This document shows positions 60,110-64,000 of a stretch of DNA of 64,000 bases, piece after piece. The DNA lies in the NCBI GenBank assembly GCA_963667925.1, contig OY764080.1:310501-374500 (forward strand), written 5' to 3'. Numbering within the stretch: the stretch's first letter is position 1; every line of letters begins with the position of its first letter. Source of the DNA: Chloroflexota bacterium (GTDB lineage Bacteria; Chloroflexota; UBA11872). The notes under the pieces are model-generated. The model had not been told where the DNA came from. It did no database searches and saw only the letters and a program-made list of their open reading frames with translations. A program made the position numbers and the translations under genes.

Positions 60110-60182
60110 TCAGACAGGCAGGAGCTTGATGCAGACGGGGTTGGGGATTTGGGCTACGTGGCCGGTGGGGTGGAGGTGGCCG
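60110..60182 (-). pseudogene. Second, shorter displaced 3'-end copy of pgl
   Basis: 60117-60182 matches 62348-62413 with 4 mismatches; terminus ...IKLLPV*. Confidence 0.88.
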
Positions 60183-60189
60183 CAGCCTG

Positions 60190-61224
60190 CTAGTGGCCGC
60201 TGTTCTTCCAGGCTTTGTACACCGCCGTGGTCAGCGCAGACAGGCGCTCCTTGTGCTGCTCCCACTCGGCGGCGGTGAACAGGAAATGGACCTCGGTGTC
60301 GGCGTCATCCAACGGCTCTCGATTCCTCGGCCATGTCTCGTATCGGAATTCCATTACGGGCTGCCTGAATTCGTCCAGGCACAGTTCTTTGGCGCGCGGG
60401 AAGAACTGTATATTGACGCTTCCGTCCCCTAAATGTATGCGCGCATAAGTTCGCTGCTGGGATTTGATACTTAGTCCCCAGACTCCTGGGTATGTGCTGA
60501 ATCGGGGCCAGTTCTCTTCGAACATGCCCTCCGCGGCGCTGAAGGTCTCGGACATGCCGGAGTCCTCTATGTTTTTCTTCAGTAGATCTCTTTTCTCCTC
60601 CACGCTCAGGTATCGCCTTGTCCGGCGCGGGCCGGGCTCGGCGGATCCTTCCACTTCCACTTGCCTGGCAAGCAACGTTTTGCCGTCGTAGGCAAAGCCG
60701 TGGAACGTCAGCAACGAGATATCCATGCCGGTGTTCTCGGCGAGGAACTTCACCATCCGCTCCGTCCTCTCGTCGGCCCCCAAGCCGATCAGGAACAGGC
60801 GCAGCGGTCTCAGGGCGTCGAGGCTCGGGCTTTCGGTGTTCTCGCCGTACCACTCCTCGAAGTCCTCGATGTGCTCAATGCCACCAACGCCGGAGTTGGC
60901 GGCGATGTGCTCGGCCAAGGCAACGTCGGTCTTGGCGTCCAAATCTGAGGCGTAGTCGATAATCTGCGCAACGGCGTCCCGCGACAGCGTCCCGCGCTTC
61001 AACTCGAACACCACCAGCCGACCGTCCTCGTCCACCCCGAGCAAATCGAGCGGCCCGCCGTCGGTTGGCGTCTGTCGGCCGACGAGCCTCAGCCCCGGAA
61101 TCAGCAGGTCGGGGTTCCTGACGAGCGTCTCCTCCAGCAAGGATTCGGTGTCCGTCTGGTCCTTCGACGCCAAGGGCGTGACGTTCGAGTCACTATCGAG
61201 CGCCCAGATCTTGACTTCGTCCAT
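60190..61224 (-). CDS. NucS/DUF91-like PD-(D/E)xK endonuclease domain protein
   Basis: 'ESLLEETL', 'LVGRQ', 'GPLDLLGVD', 'VVFELKRG', 'AVAQIIDYA'. Confidence 0.8.
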   Translation of the reverse strand: MDEVKIWALDSDSNVTPLASKDQTDTESLLEETLVRNPDLLIPGLRLVGRQTPTDGGPLDLLGVDEDGRLVVFELKRGTLSRDAVAQIIDYASDLDAKTDVALAEHIAANSGVGGIEHIEDFEEWYGENTESPSLDALRPLRLFLIGLGADERTERMVKFLAENTGMDISLLTFHGFAYDGKTLLARQVEVEGSAEPGPRRTRRYLSVEEKRDLLKKNIEDSGMSETFSAAEGMFEENWPRFSTYPGVWGLSIKSQQRTYARIHLGDGSVNIQFFPRAKELCLDEFRQPVMEFRYETWPRNREPLDDADTEVHFLFTAAEWEQHKERLSALTTAVYKAWKNSGH

Positions 61225-61300
61225 TGGAGACCTTTGCGTAATTCGTTTCGGATCAGGAGGCCCGGCGCCTATCCGGGCGCGTGCAACGTTGGGCGGCGCC

Positions 61301-61325
61301 TGGATTCCCGCCTTCGAGGGAATGG
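61301..61325. repeat. REP-like palindrome ATTCCC-N8-GGGAAT
   Basis: TGGATTCCCGCCTTCGAGGGAATG; single copy in this window. Confidence 0.6.
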
Positions 61326-61553
61326 GGGAGGGTAACGCAACAGTCTCGCGAGGGAGCACCGGCCCCGTCGCCCGATCGATTCGGGACGACTTCGGGACGA
61401 AACCGCAGCGACCGTCGAGTCGATCCCCGGCGCGTAGCCGCGTAAACGCGGGCCGCGCGCCGTGAATGAGCGCTGCTCACGGCGGGATTGCCGCGCACGC
61501 CCTTGCGTGACAGGCTGACAGCCAAAGGCGGCACGGAAGCGAGGCCGGCAGCC

Positions 61554-62222
61554 ATGGGTAACGGATTCATCAGCCGGTTGCTCCGTGCCCTGCGGTTGGA
61601 CGCGAGCCTCTACCGCGAGGTATCGGCCCCTGACGGCAATACGCGGCAGGCGGCGCTGGTGGTTTTACTCACGGCCGCGGCCGCCGGCACCGAGGGCTTG
61701 TGGGTGAGTGCCAGCGGTGCTGGACTCATCGCTGTTACGCACATGCTCGCTTGGCCGGTCTGGGCTGCGGGGCTCTGGCTGGTTGGCGTGCGACTTAGAA
61801 CACCATCTGGCGAGACGCCGGGACTCCAGCAAGTCGCGCGCGCAATTGCGTTCGCACAGGCGCCGGGCGTGTTCTTCGCGCTCGGCCCCATCCTCCTATG
61901 GAGTTCCGGGCCTCTCGCGGGCACGGTTCGGTCTTTGGTCTTCGTCTGGGTGCTGGTCGGGACTCTTCTCGCCGTTCGCGAGTCGTTGGGGCTGAGCAAC
62001 GGTCGAACTCTCGGCGCGTTGGTCGCTGTAAGTGCAGTCATCGCGGCGCTGTTGGGGCCCGTGATTACCTTCCTAACCTTATGGGTTCTTTTGCCTCACG
62101 TGACGCTGGGATCCATAGTCGCGCTGATCTGGTATGGGGTGTTTGATTTCAACCTCGGTCTGGGTCTCATGAACGCGGTGATGCGCCTCGTCCTGCCAGT
62201 CGCGTTCGAGGTCATCGCGTAG
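61554..62222 (+). CDS. Yip1-like multi-pass membrane protein (array copy f)
   Basis: 'RALRLDASLYREV', 'VARAIAFAQAP', '[12 protein letters not shown]', 'FDFNLGL'; leader homologous to that of copy d. Confidence 0.78.
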   Translation: MGNGFISRLLRALRLDASLYREVSAPDGNTRQAALVVLLTAAAAGTEGLWVSASGAGLIAVTHMLAWPVWAAGLWLVGVRLRTPSGETPGLQQVARAIAFAQAPGVFFALGPILLWSSGPLAGTVRSLVFVWVLVGTLLAVRESLGLSNGRTLGALVAVSAVIAALLGPVITFLTLWVLLPHVTLGSIVALIWYGVFDFNLGLGLMNAVMRLVLPVAFEVIA

Positions 62223-62334
62223 CGCGAGACGACCCGGTTCGGCTTTCGCCCATGCGGCTGAAGACTCCGCCGTTGGGCAGGCTTGGGGCGAACGGAAACA
62301 GTCCGTTCACATTGTGAAAAACGCGCTTTGAGAA

Positions 62335-63402
62335 CTATCGCGCCAACGGCAGCAGCTTGATGCAGACGGGGTTGGGGATTTGGGTTTGGTGGCCGGTGGG
62401 GTGGAGGTGGCCGGTTTGGTGGTTGATGCGGAAGGGGACGATGGTGCTGGTGTCCTGGTTGGCGGCAAGGAGCCAGGTCCCCGAGGGGTCGATGGCGAAG
62501 TTGCGGGGGGTTTGGCCCTGGGTGGATTCGTGGCCCAGGCTGGTGAGGCGGCCGGTGGCCTGGTCGATGGCGAACATGGCGATGCTGTCGTGGCCGCGGT
62601 TGGAGCCGTAGACGAACTTCCCTGACGGCGCGACGTGGATGTCGGCGCAAGTGCTTTCGCCCTCGAAGTCGGCAGGCAGGGTGCTGACGGTCTCGATTTC
62701 GCCGAAGACTCCCTGGTCGGCGACGTAGCGCAGGACGGAGATCGACGACCCCAGTTCGTTGATGAGGTAGGCGAACTGGCCGTTGGGGTGGAAGTCGAAG
62801 TGCCGAGGCCCTGCGCCGGCCGGTGTGCGCACCCAGGGGACGTGGTGGGGCGCCAGCGTGCCGTTGCCCAGGTCAATGTCGTAGACCAGCAGCTTGTCGA
62901 TGCCCAGGTCCGGGGCGAAGGCCAGGCGGTTGGTGGCATCCAGGATGATCGAGTGGGCGTGCGGTCCCAGCTGCCGCACGGGATGGATGCTGGATCCCTC
63001 GTGCTGAACGAAGCCGGTTAGCGGGGCCAGGCTTCCGTCCGCCTGGATTGGCAACATGGCCACGCTGCCGCTGCCGTAGTTGGCCAGCAGCACGTAAGAC
63101 TCAGTGGCGTCCACGCTGATGTGGCAGGGGACCTGGCCGCCCGTGAGCTGCTCGTTCAGGTAGGTCAATTCGCCGGTGGCGGGATCGATGGCGTAGGCCT
63201 TGATGACGCCATGCGATTCCTCGCCGACGGCGTAGAGGTTTCGTCCTGACGGCGAAATCTCCACCCACGACGGATTGGAAATGCCGCCGATAACGCTTAG
63301 ACGCTCCAGTTCGCCCGAGCCCGCATCGAACCGGTACGTGTAGATGCCCTCGCTGGCGCCTGTGGTGTAGGTGCCGATGAAGGCGAGGAATTGGTTAGTC
63401 AT
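62335..63402 (-). CDS. pgl: 6-phosphogluconolactonase / lactonase (7-bladed beta-propeller)
   Basis: 'FIGTYT', 'PCHISVD', 'ANYGSG', 'PHAH', 'GAGPRH', 'SNRGHDSI', 'PRNF', 'ANQD'. Confidence 0.9.
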   Translation of the reverse strand: MTNQFLAFIGTYTTGASEGIYTYRFDAGSGELERLSVIGGISNPSWVEISPSGRNLYAVGEESHGVIKAYAIDPATGELTYLNEQLTGGQVPCHISVDATESYVLLANYGSGSVAMLPIQADGSLAPLTGFVQHEGSSIHPVRQLGPHAHSIILDATNRLAFAPDLGIDKLLVYDIDLGNGTLAPHHVPWVRTPAGAGPRHFDFHPNGQFAYLINELGSSISVLRYVADQGVFGEIETVSTLPADFEGESTCADIHVAPSGKFVYGSNRGHDSIAMFAIDQATGRLTSLGHESTQGQTPRNFAIDPSGTWLLAANQDTSTIVPFRINHQTGHLHPTGHQTQIPNPVCIKLLPLAR

Positions 63403-63538
63403 GCGGTATATCGCCTCGAAGGCTTCGGCCTACGTATTGGAAGGAACCCGCGAGGGCTTGTCAAACGCGGAGTTCGGGACACTTCACGCCGGCAGCTCTT
63501 CGCGACAAGTGGATGGGAACACGTTGAATGAGCCTGCT

Positions 63539-64000
63539 TCAGGCGGCGGCACGAATGGCTGAGGTGATCCGGTCCCAGAAGTATGCGAACGACTCAGAGT
63601 GACGCCTTGCTCTGTCAGGGTCGAATGCACGCGCCACGGATCGAGCAAGTTCAATCTTGCCGCCGCCCGGATACCCGACACGGCCCGACTCTTTCCACAG
63701 GCGGTGGAGCGTGGATTCGGCGCTGCGCACACCTGTTTCTGGCGGCGCGGAATACTGCACGTCCGGCATGACGTGCCGGATGGCTTCTTCGTCGGCGAGA
63801 TACCACGACTCAAGTTCGGCAACTGCCACGCAAATCAGAACGTTGCGCTGAGCGATGGGAGCACGCGCCGCAGTGACGGTTTCCTTGTCGAAGGCCTCAA
63901 CTGTTACAGTCACACAGGGGTCTGAATCGCGGTCAACCAAGATGATCGACAATGGGTAGTGGAGGCTTCGAAAGTCATCAATCAGGCTGGCCGCTTGGCG
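63539..64000 (-). CDS. DUF4276/RloB-like (TOPRIM-like) protein, 5' end beyond the window
   Basis: 'ILVDRD' and 'VAVAELESWYLAD', ending 'SESFAYF'; frame stays open to position 64000. Confidence 0.65.
   Translation of the reverse strand, partial: RQAASLIDDFRSLHYPLSIILVDRDSDPCVTVTVEAFDKETVTAARAPIAQRNVLICVAVAELESWYLADEEAIRHVMPDVQYSAPPETGVRSAESTLHRLWKESGRVGYPGGGKIELARSVARAFDPDRARRHSESFAYFWDRITSAIRAAA

Overview
GC-rich (roughly 65-70% by eye) bacterial chromosome segment. Gene content suggests Chloroflexota (Dehalococcoidia/SAR202-like), possibly host-associated; this is inference from tandem c-di-AMP receptors, a VEKVV-repeat solute-binding lipoprotein, many Gfo/Idh/MocA and enolase-superfamily paralogs, and ankyrin lipoproteins. 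The core backbone comprises tRNA-Leu(TAG)-tig-clpP-clpX, sodA, ktrBA, an NrdR-box-preceded class II ribonucleotide reductase, a class IV aminotransferase, pgl and a parS-like site. Several accessory zones interrupt it. (1) A DUF559 nuclease gene sits among modular REP-like palindromic repeats (18.5-20.2 kb). (2) A low-GC defence islet carries a retron-type reverse transcriptase fused to a C-terminal Mrr-like PD-(D/E)xK nuclease, with a retron-like folded ncRNA candidate directly upstream (21445-23181), followed by intact and decaying toxin-antitoxin genes. (3) Three ankyrin-repeat lipoproteins lie in a row. (4) Six divergent Yip1-like membrane protein genes form an array. The ankyrin and Yip1 arrays are punctuated by displaced allelic copies of the 3' ends of neighbouring core genes (hydrolase, pgl, aminotransferase), suggesting repeated integrase-independent accretion of cassettes. 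No CRISPR array, rRNA, integrase or IS transposase was found.
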